From Bigelowiella natans CCMP2755 (Eukaryota > Protista > Cercozoa), in NCBI GenBank assembly GCA_000320545.1, contig ADNK01001384.1, forward strand, positions 43,936-107,935: 64,000 bases of DNA, in the 5' to 3' direction. The first letter of the stretch is position 1. Each line of letters starts with the position of its first letter. The notes beneath the pieces were generated by a model. That model did not search any database. It had not been told where the DNA came from and saw nothing but the letters and a program-made list of their open reading frames with translations. A program made the translations under genes and the position numbers. Below, piece after piece: positions 16,198 through 28,426 of this stretch.

Positions 16198-17213
16198 ACA
16201 TCCTAATCAAAAAGGTGGCCGCCATTCGCCCTGTTCTACCGGTGAAAGACCCTGGAAGACAGGGGCGTCTGGTACCCTTCCTGAACGTAGCGGAAATGGA
16301 ACAATACGCCGAGGATCACGACAACATGCCTCTCTGGCAGCTCGGCGCCCGCTACGAAAGCGCCCGGGGCAACATGAGCGAGGACGAAGTGCTCGACGCC
16401 ATGCTAAGGACCGCTTCGATAATGAGGGGTAGCGTTGAGGAGGGACTGGCAGGGACCTCATACTCCGACAGAATCTTGCCCTGCCAGAGCTCGAGCCTAG
16501 CGCGTGCCATGAACCAGGGCCAAGTGATCCCCGGCGACGTGCTGAACAAGGTGATTTTGTACGTCACAGCCATCATGGAGGTCAAGAGCTCGATGGGGGT
16601 CATTGTCGCAGCTCCGACTGCGGGCTCCTGCGGTGCGTGCCCTGGCACCATTCTCGCCGTCGCCGAGCAGCTGGGAAAGGACGAGGTAGAGGTCGCACGC
16701 GCCCTCCTCGTGGCAGGCATCGTCGGGGTGATGATCGCGAAGCATGCCACCTTCGCGGCAGAGATGGGAGGGTGCATGGCTGAATGTGGAGCAGGGTCCG
16801 GTATGGCAGCAGCTGCAATCACAACCATGGCTGGAGGGGACACGAAGCAGGCCCTCGGCGCAGCGTCGCTTGCGTTGCAGAACTCGTTTGGAATGACCTG
16901 CGACCCCATCGCCAACCGCGTGGAGGCACCTTGCCTCGGCAAGAATGTCATGGCCGCGACGAACTCGATATCGTGTTCCAACATGGCCATGGCAGGCTAC
17001 CGACACCTCATCCCGTTGGATGAAGTTCTGGTCGCGATGAAGGCGGTGGGCGAGCAGCTGCCACATGAGCTGAGGTGTACAGGAAAGGGGGGCATCAGCG
17101 CAACCCCTACCGCTCGAGCAATCGAAGCAAAACTGAAAAATAATGATAACGGCTCGAATGGGGATGATAGAGGGGCAAGACCTACTCCGGGAGGGAGCAA
17201 AATACAATGCTGA
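15114..17213 (+). CDS. Iron-sulfur-dependent L-serine dehydratase, fused beta+alpha chains, intronless, with predicted organellar (mitochondrial-like) presequence
   Basis: Beta motif GPVMRGPSSSHSAAALRIG and STGGG. Alpha motifs GVIVAAPTAGSCG, AEMGGCMAECG, GMTCDPIANRVEAPCLGKN, IPLDEV and LRCTGKGG. First ATG at 15114 is followed by an Arg/Ser/Ala-rich leader without acidic residues. Confidence 0.9.
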
Positions 17214-17649
17214 TGATCTGTCAATCTAGCAATGCTGAAGTCTTTCGTCATGATTGCAGCGCAGCTCTCTGATTGCAAGACGGATGTAATGAATCAAATT
17301 AAATTTGTTCAATGGTCACCCTAATGTAGCTGTGCAAAGCAGCGGCTACGTGTGTGATGTGTAAGTTAATAAATTAACCAGATCACATGACCGTCAATGG
17401 CGAGTGCAGTGTGCGAGGCACACCTCGCAAAGCGATGCGACCATGTTGTGCGACAGCAATGTGGATTCTGCGAAAGTGCACGCAGTTATCTAGCTAGCTA
17501 GTAATGATGCACGGCAGCAATGCTAGAATGACCCTTTTTGAGGCTAAGCAATGATAGCAACCCACATGTGAATGCATATCAACCGAAAGAATATCATAGA
17601 GAATGTTAATATGCAGCGCGCTATGCTGCTGTCTATAGCTGATAGCATG

Positions 17650-17723
<74 letters not shown>

Positions 17724-17984
17724 ATTTGTATGTGTTTAGAAGATGTTTTCAAGGCGGCTTTGCAAACGGCGATGGAATCCTGCTCCTTACACTTATGCAT
17801 TCCCGCTTGTAGTAACAAATACATATCTACCATACAAATCATTGCCATTACACTATCGTCAGCGGTTATACATGCCATGATGTCATATCCCCTTAGCTCA
17901 CGAGATATTGCTCTCATACGAATGTCGTTACCCTACCTCGGGTTCTCTGCAACAGTTGTCGCATCTTTTCGACTTAGATGTCGC

Positions 17985-19173
17985 TCACATCAGGTCACCG
18001 CTTCCCGAGTAGAGCTTCAGGCGCGCTTTATGCTCCTCGAGGGTGATGAGTTCCTGCTGATCCATCTTCAAAATGCCATCCAGCTTTCCTTCCTCCTCAA
18101 GCTGATGATGCGATGGAGGGGGAGGAGCAGGAGTGTCGTTTAAGTAGAGGACAAAACAGTATTAGAAGAGGAGAGCATCTCGTCTCCATGAAGGCTAGCA
18201 GTGGATAGACAAACAATCAAAAGCAGGACCTTGAGCAACTTGTCGTAGTCACCGAGGTACTCGTCGTCGATAATCACAATTGGCAGCTTTCGGGTTCCAG
18301 CTTTAGCAAACACTGCTTCCCTGTCCTTTCGATCCATGATGTCCACTGGGATCCACGGAACGAAGTCCTTCCTCAAATGAATATTCTTCGATGTCAACAG
18401 CGTCTGAGAACAGGGGGGTAGGGTTCAATAAGGAGGGGAGTTCAGGTGAAAATCGAGCGACAGATGAAGTCTACGGGGAAAATAAAACTGCTCATCCTTT
18501 AGACTAGTTTTTGCTGGAATGATACGTCAGGATCTTAATAAGTACGTGGTGGCTGCACACATATCATGTTCATTTCATCATCATCATCATCATCATCATC
18601 ACCCGGACAAACGATAACCTTGGTGTTGTTGATGTCGCTCCGCTGCTTGAGATTGCCAGATGTCGTGGAGAAGAAGCAAAAGACCTTGCCCTCACCTTTT
18701 CATTGGATGATCGAGCCAACCAACCAACCACGGAGGAGGAGGAGCAACAAGACGACGAGGATGATGTCGACAAATGTATGGCGGAGGATCAGATGATGAT
18801 GAGATGTCGACAAATGTATGGCGGAGGATCAGATGATGATGAGATGGGATTAATTCATAAGTATTAGATAGACAATCAAAACGGCAATCCTTTCTCAGAT
18901 TAGAGTTTTTCTGAAAATAATTTTCGCCTGCGGCTTCATTACAACCAATAGAGCTGGAGGCTGCTGCTGCTGCTACTGCATGGTAGGTGGTTGATTATGA
19001 GCATGCTACCTCCGATGGAGAGATCTTCTTCGACTACAACCGTAAACACAGACCCGGGAACATGCTGATAATTTGTTCGTGTGTGCGTGTGTGTGTGGGG
19101 AGGGGGGGGGGAGGGGGGGTACGTGTGCATGTGCGATGTTCCTTGACCGCAAATCATTTCTTGATCGCTGTTC

Positions 19174-19208
<35 letters not shown>

Positions 19209-19535
19209 GTCATCACCATCATCATAACCATTGAAAACTCGGTAGCAGCACCAGCCCCATCCACTACCTTATCGTCAAGAGTGACGTGAACCTTGTACAC
19301 GCCAGCCTTTTGTGGCACGTATGAAACAGCCAGCTTTTCGTACCCTGCGGGAGATTCGGCCTGCAACGCCATGCATTGAAGCAGATGAGAGGAGAGGGAG
19401 GAGGAGGAGGAGGAGGAGGAGAAACACATTGTGGTTTTGACCGTTTCACCTTCCCCCCCTCTTTCGCTTGCTATATTCTAAAGGGAAAGAGGTCGTCGAG
19501 GCACCTAAAGCCCCCCCTACCTAACACCACTACTG

Positions 19536-19579
<44 letters not shown>

Positions 19580-19730
19580 TATCATATTACCTTTGTGATG
19601 TCGCAGGAGACCTCCTTGCCATCCTCGTTGAGGACCTTGATCTGAGACGTGAATAGCAGATAAAGAGCAGGAGCAGGAGGAGGAGGAGGAGGAGGAGAAG
19701 AAAGCATAGAATTTAGCGTGCGCGCGCACC

Positions 19731-19768
<38 letters not shown>

Positions 19769-20686
19769 TTAATAACCACATTGCAACAAGAAGAACAAAC
19801 CGCAATTCACACCTTGATTTCTCCCTTAGCGTCAGTTGGCCTCTCAACAAAGAAAGGTGCTTTCGTTTCTTTGATGCCTGAAGAGGGGGAGGGGGTGGAG
19901 GGGGATTCACCTAGAGAACTTGCACACTCTGAAATCCTTGGTAGGTGTCGATGCATCAACAAGGTGTTATCGTATTACAATTAAACAAACAACAAACGAA
20001 TCGCCACTCCATGGCAACACCATAGGAGAAGAACTAACTGACACTCGTCGTTACAGACAAAAGGCATCGCCGTGCTTCTTTCGAGGGGCGCCTACACTAG
20101 TCAAGCTATGAATGGGCGACCGACCTTTGTGCAGGCCCTCTCCAAAGGCACGCACACGGTAGGCTGCGTTGGTGTCCTTGAGGTTGCGGAATTGCGCTAA
20201 GTAAGTCATCATCGCCTGCTTATCGACTCTCTTGTGAATCATTTCCTCAGGTAGTACCAGCTTGTCCACACCTTGTTGATGTTATCGTGTTGTTGATGGT
20301 GGTGATGATCATCAAGTTGATCGTGATCGATGACGACGACGGCGACCGAAAAGGATAAAGATAGCAAATGGGGATAAAAATGTGTTTGATCACCACGCTC
20401 GCGCGCACGTGAGGAAATTCAAATACACGCCTGCATGCAAAGATATAAATAATCGATCTGTTAACTCTGCCGTATCCTTCCATAGCGTCGTTATTGCTGC
20501 TAGTGCTATTATTATTACTACTACTACTACTACTACCCATCTCTTTGTCTGCAGTTTCAATGCCTCTTCGTGCATTAGCAAGCTTCTTCTTCTTATCCAA
20601 ATCCATGTGATCCTATCACCATCGACATCGTCATTTCTTCCGTGCTTCTATAACTCCCCCTTTACGACGAGCAGGTGAACCTCTCA

Positions 20687-20717
<31 letters not shown>

Positions 20718-21711
20718 GCAAGGTAAAAATGCATTGCCACTTCTAAGGTGATTTGTCTTGAAGTATTGCGAATTACGTCCCCAAACAATCAGAGAACATA
20801 TTTATAGATATGAAACTTATGGATGTTTCAATCCACGTAAGTATTGGTGAGCGGTATCTTCTTTGCTGTGTGCGCCACGCATTGAGACATGCATGCCAGC
20901 ACCTTGCACAAGTCTGGTCTGAGAGCATTGATGAGGGCGTTGAGAGCTCTGCCATCATTCCAATCCTTCGTGAAGTTCTTGATTCCGTACTCAGGAATCT
21001 TCGACTGAATCCACTTCAGGAGATCCTCTCCCCCTCCGTTGCTAGTTATTGTGGTAACAACGGGGGATGTGTCCATGATCAGCATGTTTTCCGGATAATA
21101 ATGAATCAACAACTAAGACGAAAGAGGTGATCTCTCATATGGCACTGTTCAAGTACGATAGCACCCACAAACAAAATGCAGATGGATGCACAAATAGCGC
21201 ATGTAAGCACGCACGCACGCACGCACCGGTTAATCTCGTAACGTAGAATGATAGTCCAAATCAACCCTGCGAAGTAGACAGATACTCATTTTCGCCTTGC
21301 TGCTAAATCAAGCTAGACACTGCGTAATGGATGGATCAGCTCAAATGTACGTAACCGAGTATGCATCTCATGTTTCCCTGGACAATATCCTAAGGTGTAG
21401 GGTGCCATGCACACAATCAAAACTGACACTTTCATCCGTCTACTGCAAATGAATGAATAAGAACCTCAGGGCCAATGTTAACAAGCTTGAGCCCTTCGCT
21501 TTGAATGAATTTCAACGCAATGGTAAGGTTCTGGAGAAGGATACAGAAACCAGCAACATAGAGGATGATCACAGATATTTTCACTTGTTCGGCAAAACAA
21601 GCAACACACTCATATTTCCCTTTTTTTTGGTCCATGAACTTACCAAAGTATTCTCTCTTCTCTTCTATTCATTCCCTCCTTCTCTCTCCCTCTCCCTCTC
21701 CCCCCCCCCCC

Positions 21712-21759
<48 letters not shown>

Positions 21760-22254
21760 GGTCCGTCATCATTGTCTTTTCTGCCATACCTCCAGTTTCT
21801 GTTGAATGATGATAGGGTGCTTGTTGTATTTCCCAAGCGACTTTCCAGAGATGATCTCCATAAGGTTGATGAGCATAAGACCATCCTTTCGATTTATACA
21901 ATGAAACGTTAGCTTCAAAAAACTGTCGTCACTTGGAGCGACGATATCGGCAACACCTTGAGATCGTCCTTTAGGCTGTTGATGTGAAGCCCTCTTAGCT
22001 TCAGCTCGTCATTCGTCCATCGTGTAAACGTGTTTTCTTGAATATCTTGCCTGATGAACCAATAATATCGAGTCAATGCGCCGACCATCGAGTGCATGTT
22101 CGTGCTATTTGTTTCGCTCGAAAAACAACAAATCCCTCCTCCCTACACATTAGGAGGCTTCCAAAGGCTCTCATACCAACATGTACAATGCATCAAAGCG
22201 AACAAAACGCGCGCCCTCGCGGAGGATGCGCTACCAGGCGATGCGAGGAGGCAT
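17985..22254 (-). CDS. Filamin/gelation-factor-like actin-binding protein: CH1-CH2, one filamin Ig repeat, C-terminal SH3BGR/glutaredoxin-fold domain; about 15 short exons
   Basis: WQDIQENTFTRW, DGLMLINLMEIISGK, ALKFIQSEGLKLVNIG, GLIWTIILRY, LLKWIQSKIPEY..NFTKDWNDGRAL, DKQAMMTYLAQF, VRAFGEGL, VSYVPQKAGVYKVHVTLDDK|HVPGS, then FFSTTSGNLKQR...KLPIVIIDDEYLGDYD...LEEEGKL. The first exon (MPPRIAW) is inferred. Confidence 0.85.
18762..18846. repeat. 40-bp tandem duplication inside an intron
   Basis: GATGTCGACAAATGTATGGCGGAGGATCAGATGATGATGA occurs twice in tandem. Confidence 0.9.
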
Positions 22255-22798
22255 GGTATGCTAAGCGCTTGTCCCAAAAACGAGGAGGAGGGTCGGGATT
22301 TTTCCAACGGAAGTGGGAATCTTGGCAACGACCACGTCATGTTCATCTTACGACAAGAGCTGAAACAAGTCGTCATGCACAAATAACGGGGCATTTCTTT
22401 CTAAACACGTGGGCGTTTGCTGCAGCTGCTGGATATCTTTTTACGAGGAAAGAAGCGCATGCCGCACGTGCCTTTTTGCCCCAGAAACTCAGGGATAGCG
22501 CATGCGGCTGCTTGTCGCAAGACCAAAGCGCAATGCGAAGTGGAAACTGCGGACAACTTTACAAAACTACCGTATCGATGGATGTCGCAGTGCAAATAAT
22601 ACCTGCATTCATACCGAGCACAAAATTGCGCTCGAACTGCACGTCGCCTGCCAACTCGCCAGTCGATCGGTAACACCAAAACGGACCATGCTACGCTTCG
22701 GAGAGAAGAAGGTGAAGCTAGCATTCTGAGCAATCCCTTTGCCTACCTCCCCCCCCCCCCCCCAAAAAAAGGCCACTTTGCACGAGACCATTTTTCAT

Positions 22799-24431
22799 AT
22801 GTGGTATTCATTGAAGGGAGACACGCGGAGCATCATCTCGAAGATTGTCTTCGCCGCTGCAGGGGTTGGAGCCGTACTGGGTGTGTACCTATATACGAGG
22901 CGCACGGTGATTAAAATTGTCAAATTACGTGAAATTACCTTCAATTATTTGAGATATTGAATTGTTTATGAATATAGTCTCTTTCTTCCTCTGCCGTACG
23001 CGCAAAAAAGGTAGGTTAGGTTCGGTTCGTCCAAAAATCAGACTCGATGAGAAAGAGTATCGGCTCACTAATACACAGTGCCTATGCCACTTCTCATGTA
23101 ATCGCAGTTCAAAATGGTCGCTTTGGATTTGGATGGAACCACATTGAACACCAAGCATGTCATATCTGAAGGAAATAAGGTAGGCTGGTATCTTCCTCGT
23201 ATGTGTATGTTGGACATCAACTACTTCCCCATGGGGTAGTTCGTGCGTGCCCTAAAATCTACTGTTGCTGTTGTTGTTACTGGCTCTGCCACATAAAAGA
23301 AAGCTATTAGAGAGCTGGTTGACCGTGGTGTGGGCCTTGCGATTGCAACTGGCAGGTATAGTTGAATACGCTCCATTCTAGTACTGACAGCACTTTTTAG
23401 TCGATGTTAGTGCTCTGTCCAAAGTATTCGAAAATATATATTGACTTCTTCTCTCCTGATGACTTGATTGAAGATCCACGGTCTAGCGATGATATGGCGG
23501 GATTGTGATCCTTGCTATGTTTTCCGTGCATCATCATGTATTGCTCTCCATTCCCTCTTTGTAGACACGACTGCTCGCGAATATATCTATAGGTCGATGT
23601 CAGGGATCTACGATCATCTTAAAGTACTCAAGCTGCCGAAACCTATTCCAGTCTTATGCCTCAACGGTCAATAATTTCCCCTCCGATTTCAGCGCAGAAC
23701 CATACTCGATGCTTACAGATGAACTCGCACTCACAATTAAGCCTTATCCCAACTTATTTCTCCCTTCCCCTCTTTAGGAGCACTGTGTCTCAAAGCTGGC
23801 ACTGATGGGAAAACTGTGTCAACTTCCATGGTATTCACAGATCCTGTCTCAAAAGGTACGTTGCTATCGTCATTGCCAAGAGGAAGTAAGTAGTGAATTT
23901 GTGCATTTTCTTCGGCTGCTGCTTTTGATTTTGCAAAGAAAACGCTGATGGCGTAGTTGAGCTGGCGAAAGAACACAATCTGCTGGTAGGAAGCTTACTT
24001 GCATAAGAATGGACAGTTGTGTGTGAAGATGCACGACGAATGTCATTTGTGCTGCACACACATGTTGATTGGTTTTTGTAATCACCGATCTTCGTCAAGA
24101 AGGATACGTGCGACGAACAATATGTTACCACCCAATTTGCCTTGAGGAACCTCTTGAATGCACAAATCAGGTGCAGTTCTACATCGGCGACAAGGTTTAT
24201 GCCGTCCCAAAGAGCGAAAAGGTAGTGTTAATTTGCCGGAATAGCGTATTCTCTTATCATGAAGATGCTCGGGGTGTCCAAAAATTACCCTTCTCCTCCC
24301 CCTCATGTTGTAACCTTAGTCTTTGTTCATCGTTTCATTATTTAAAACATTTCCTAATTAATGCAGCACTTGGAGCTGATGAAGCGCTACGAGGTTTTAG
24401 CAGGGTAAGTTGGGAAACACCCACGCACAGA

Positions 24432-24467
<36 letters not shown>

Positions 24468-25961
24468 TTAAAGGGGGCCGAGAGTGTAGCAGGGCATTCT
24501 GTAAAAACTACCCTTCTATGATAATAATGCTCTAGAAACCCCTTCTGCGCACAGCATTAAGACGCAGGCAGGTTTAAATGATTGGGAGACTTCTGACCGA
24601 TCATCCATTTTGAAAGATATCCGCAGATCAAGCTGAAGGACTTCAACGAGTTGGAGAAGCTAGGCGATCCTGCCAAAATCTTGCTGCTTACAGAGGTATA
24701 TTGCGCTGAGGATGAAGTGATGCTCATACTGATTGGTTCATGCTCCATACTTAATGCTCCATGCTCCCCTCGCCGTTCCCTCACAAACTAATTCTTTCTT
24801 CATACTTATTTTTTGCCTCTTACCATGACAGTTTTTGCTTTTTTGCGATAAATTTCTCTTGACTTTTTCGAATCTGTAACCGGCCGGTAGGACCCTGATA
24901 GCCTGCTTGAAATGGCAAAAAAGAAATTCGGAGACAGCCTTCATCTCGTAAGGTTGGTGCCCTCCCCATTTTCCTTTCCTCCTCTTCCGCTCTCGCGCGT
25001 CCACGCAATGATATGTGATAGCTCATGAATGCCTTCTGTGATGTTTTCCGCTCTTCCTCGTTGCGAATTGTAGGGGCTCCCCAGACCCATTCTTCGTCGA
25101 ATTTCTTGCGAAGTAAGTGCTTGAGCGAGCTTGAGTGAGTGAGCTGTATCACAAGAGGATAAAGGGGACATACACAAAATAACCTACACACGCAATACAT
25201 CGTGTTTGAACTTTATTTGAGCAAGAGGGCAAGCGCCTGTGTTTGCGTACGTGCATACGTGTTACACGGAGACGCATCTCCTTTTTCTCCTTCCGTAATA
25301 AATAGAGGTGTGTGCAAGGGAACTGGACTCCTGAAGCTCTGCGAGGTGCTAATATTAGGACAGTGATAAGTATTCAAGGAGAACAACTCTCGTAACTCCG
25401 CCGTCCTACTCTTAGTTTGTTGGTCGTTTATTTTCAGGCCGAGAAGATCGACCCCAAAAGCATCGTGGCATTTGGCGACGGAGATAACGACATGGAATTT
25501 CTACAGTATGCCGGTTGAGAAGAGATTGGAGAAATTGATAAAATTACAACCCGTGCAGGACAATTGCCTAGCCTAGATTTCACACACACACGCACACACA
25601 CAACGCACAGCTGTCCGCCCTCTTTTTTGTTTCTCTGATGTCTTAAGGTATGGGATGCGCTATGAAAAATGCGAGGCAAGTAACGAAGGTAGTACTTGAT
25701 CGTTAACGCGAGATTCGAATGTGCTGAACACGATACCTGCTCATGGCAAATACCGCACAATCACATCGAGAATTGTCATCTGAAAGAGCACATCAATTTA
25801 TGTGGGCGCTTTGACATCACTTGGGAATCTATTAAAATTTGGTCTCATAAAATGTCCCCATACTTCTTAAGGACAAAGCGGATGTGGTCCTGGAATGGTC
25901 TAACGATGAAGATGGTGTTGGTAGACAGTTGGAGCGTCTCACCAAGGAGGGATCTCTCTAA
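22799..25961 (+). CDS. Cof-type HAD-superfamily (subfamily IIB) hydrolase with N-terminal membrane anchor; many very short exons
   Basis: Motif I KMVALDLDGT (~23110-23140), motif II LAIATGR (~23340), GVCKGTGL (~25310), motif IV VAFGDGDNDMEFL (~25465), AMKNA, ADVVLEWSNDEDGV. N-terminal hydrophobic IVFAAAGVGAVLGVYLY. Confidence 0.85.
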
Positions 25962-25965
25962 TTAA

Positions 25966-27355
25966 CTTCAACACATCTAGACATCTAGACAAGTTGAAAA
26001 CTTGCAAAGGCGCATTGCGTGAGCTCCAGTTCATGTTCAATGGACTGCGGACTCATCACTCCCTTTGCAGCATTGCATGATGAGTGCATTTCCATGATGA
26101 GCGGCAGTGCGCTCTCATGCAGCTAGGTGCAGCAGTTTGCTTGGTGCATGTGTGGACACGAAAAGTGCACACGTGCCCACTTGACGCATGTGAACGACGT
26201 GAAGGCACGTGTGCTGCACTTCCGCGAGCACGTCACGCCACTTCAATGACGAGCGCGACACTTGCACTCTTCTGGTCTTCGAGTCTTCTAAGAGCGCCCA
26301 CTGTCGTGTGTGTGTGTGTGTGGAACAGCACCTCTAGCCATGTTGGACCTCTGGACTTCTCATATTCTCTCAGCTCTTGTTGCTGCAGCGATGCAATTCG
26401 GGACTTCGATGTGTTGCGCGCAACTCTGGAACTGCGAAACGCAACAAGAACACAGAACCGCAAAATCGAGTCTTGCTAGCCTGCGCTGAGTGTCACTCAC
26501 CAGCTTTCTTGCTGGCTTGGCTTGTTGTCTAGTTGGGCGCACGAACCGAAGTTCACGTGGGCATCGTGTGCAGTCAGGCTGGCTAGCTGGCAGGTGAAGT
26601 CGTTTGCACGTGTTCACTGTTGCAAGTGCAAGCGCACAATTCCAGAATTGTGTTGGTTGCGGCGCACCAAGGAAGCACAACGTGCTGGAAGCAATGCTCA
26701 GTCTGGTCAGTGATTGGTGATCGTCGTCGATGTCCGCCCGCGAGCACAAGCTGGCAAGCGTTGTGTTCGTGTTCAACGTGCACCAATTGGGGTTGCAACA
26801 CTGGCTCAGAAGTCACTTTGGACGAACTGCAACTGCTGTGGGCAGGATTGATCAATGACTGTGACTTTGAACTCTCCATTGAAACAATCATCGCAAGCTC
26901 TGCACAGCAGCGGAACAATGAACAACAAACAATGCACAATGATGACAAACTGCACTTTGAAGCAATGACTTGCATCAATGAATGGGTCGGCGATGTCACA
27001 CAAACAGTCAGATTTTCTCTCGAGATTCTTCAACAAAATGATGAGCCGAGGAAAAGGAAGCAGAAAGAAGGAGAAATTGAACGGGCACACAAAATCAGAT
27101 CCAAAAAGCCAGCCATGCAGCAGGAATTGGGATGAAAATCTGAAATTCCTCCGGAAATCCATGGAAATCGTTGATTCATTTGTGCGAAAAGCCAAAATGT
27201 TGATCATTTCTCAAATCACTGCTCAACATTTTGTGCATTCCATGATTGGAGACGAAAGTTCCATCTTTGAGCATGGGGTCCACGTCGCCTTTCGAAATCC
27301 CTCGCGATTGACAGTCGCATCCAAAATGATGGTTCCAGCAGGGAAGGGGTGGCCC
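25966..27355. other. TpA-depleted, CTAG-sparing intergenic island 1 (possible hypermutated relic sequence)
   Basis: Hand count over ~1390 bp: 7 CTAG and only 2 other TpA (26289, 26363). No TpA at all from 26586 to 27355. Overlapping spurious ORFs here are nearly Tyr-free and rich in His/Cys. Confidence 0.85.
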
Positions 27356-27691
27356 TATGAGCTATTGCTCTTCTCCTGCAGTCGGAAGAAAAACGGCAAC
27401 AACTGCAACCACATGAATCTCGTAGTTAAATGCGGAGGCGACGTGGTTGGGTTTTGAGGAAGTGTGGCAAATTTGGTCTTACGACAACAAATTATTTGTC
27501 AAATCACCGCATATCGCCAGCCTTCTTCGCTTATTCATGAGTTTTGGAACCTGTGCCGCCAGTTCTCCCGTGCTGCGGCCGAATGCAGCCGCTCCACTTC
27601 TTCCTGCACATCTCGTTGCCCCACGAAGCACTAGTACCCACTCCAATATCCATCCTCCTTTCGTTGATAAGCTACCACGGTAACTCGCAGA

Positions 27692-28426
27692 ATGACTTCG
27701 CAGGGGTTAAAACGCAAGTCTCGAAATACAGTGCAGGCGAAGAAGAAACTCAGAGCCGGAAGTAGAGCCGAAAAGAAGGATGCTGGCGTAGTACGAACTA
27801 AATCCTCACCCTCCGAAACTCCTCCTAAAAACATCGAATCACAGCGACGAAAGTACCACTACAGACTCAGACGGTCGCAATTCCTCTCAGCAGACCCTTG
27901 GCCAGTTGAGCTGAAAGATTTTCTGTATTTTCTGCAGTGCCTAGAAGACGCGTGTGATAGTAAGAGTTCCGTTTGCAACGAAGATGCTGGAATTTCATCG
28001 CCAACATGCTCTCCCGAAGGAACACACACATGGTTTCACTGTGCATCCAGGCCTGCCATCAGTATATCCCGTTATGTCATGATAATCTGCAGCAAGCTTA
28101 GGTTTGAGCAGCCTGGGACATTCGTATTCGCACTGATTTACGTAGACCGTATTCTAGGCAGCGGAAGCGTTAGCTTCAGCCCATATACCATGCACAGACT
28201 TACTCTTACAGCCCTTCTTCTAGCAAGTAAATATCGTGACGATGACCACAACAGCAATAGAGCCTTTGCAGTGGCAGGCGGCATAAGCCTCGACGACCTA
28301 AATGCTGCAGAGATAGAGTTTTTATTTCGTATCGGATTTGACTTGGCGGTCCCTGAAACGACCTTCAGCACTTACGTCACTTCAATGGCCGAGTACCGCA
28401 CTCGAATGTTGGCGGCAGCGGAGTAA
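27692..28426 (+). CDS. PHO80/U-type (P-type) cyclin, intronless
   Basis: FHCASRPAISISRY, FALIYVDRI, MHRLTLTALLLASKYRDD, NRAFAVAGGISLDDLNAAEIEFLFRIGFDL. Confidence 0.9.
   Translation: MTSQGLKRKSRNTVQAKKKLRAGSRAEKKDAGVVRTKSSPSETPPKNIESQRRKYHYRLRRSQFLSADPWPVELKDFLYFLQCLEDACDSKSSVCNEDAGISSPTCSPEGTHTWFHCASRPAISISRYVMIICSKLRFEQPGTFVFALIYVDRILGSGSVSFSPYTMHRLTLTALLLASKYRDDDHNSNRAFAVAGGISLDDLNAAEIEFLFRIGFDLAVPETTFSTYVTSMAEYRTRMLAAAE

Noticed and set aside
18762-18846. 40-bp (and 35-bp at 56128) direct repeats as a CRISPR-like array
   Set aside because: Two adjacent copies with no spacers, inside eukaryotic introns; simple tandem duplications.
25670-25875. Possible GC-AG intron or micro-exon in the HAD gene
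   Set aside because: A canonical GT donor a few bases downstream gives an in-frame join; cannot be resolved without transcripts.
26084-27457. Several 130-170 aa overlapping ORFs on both strands
   Set aside because: No recognisable motifs; best explained by loss of TAA/TAG stops in the TpA-depleted island.
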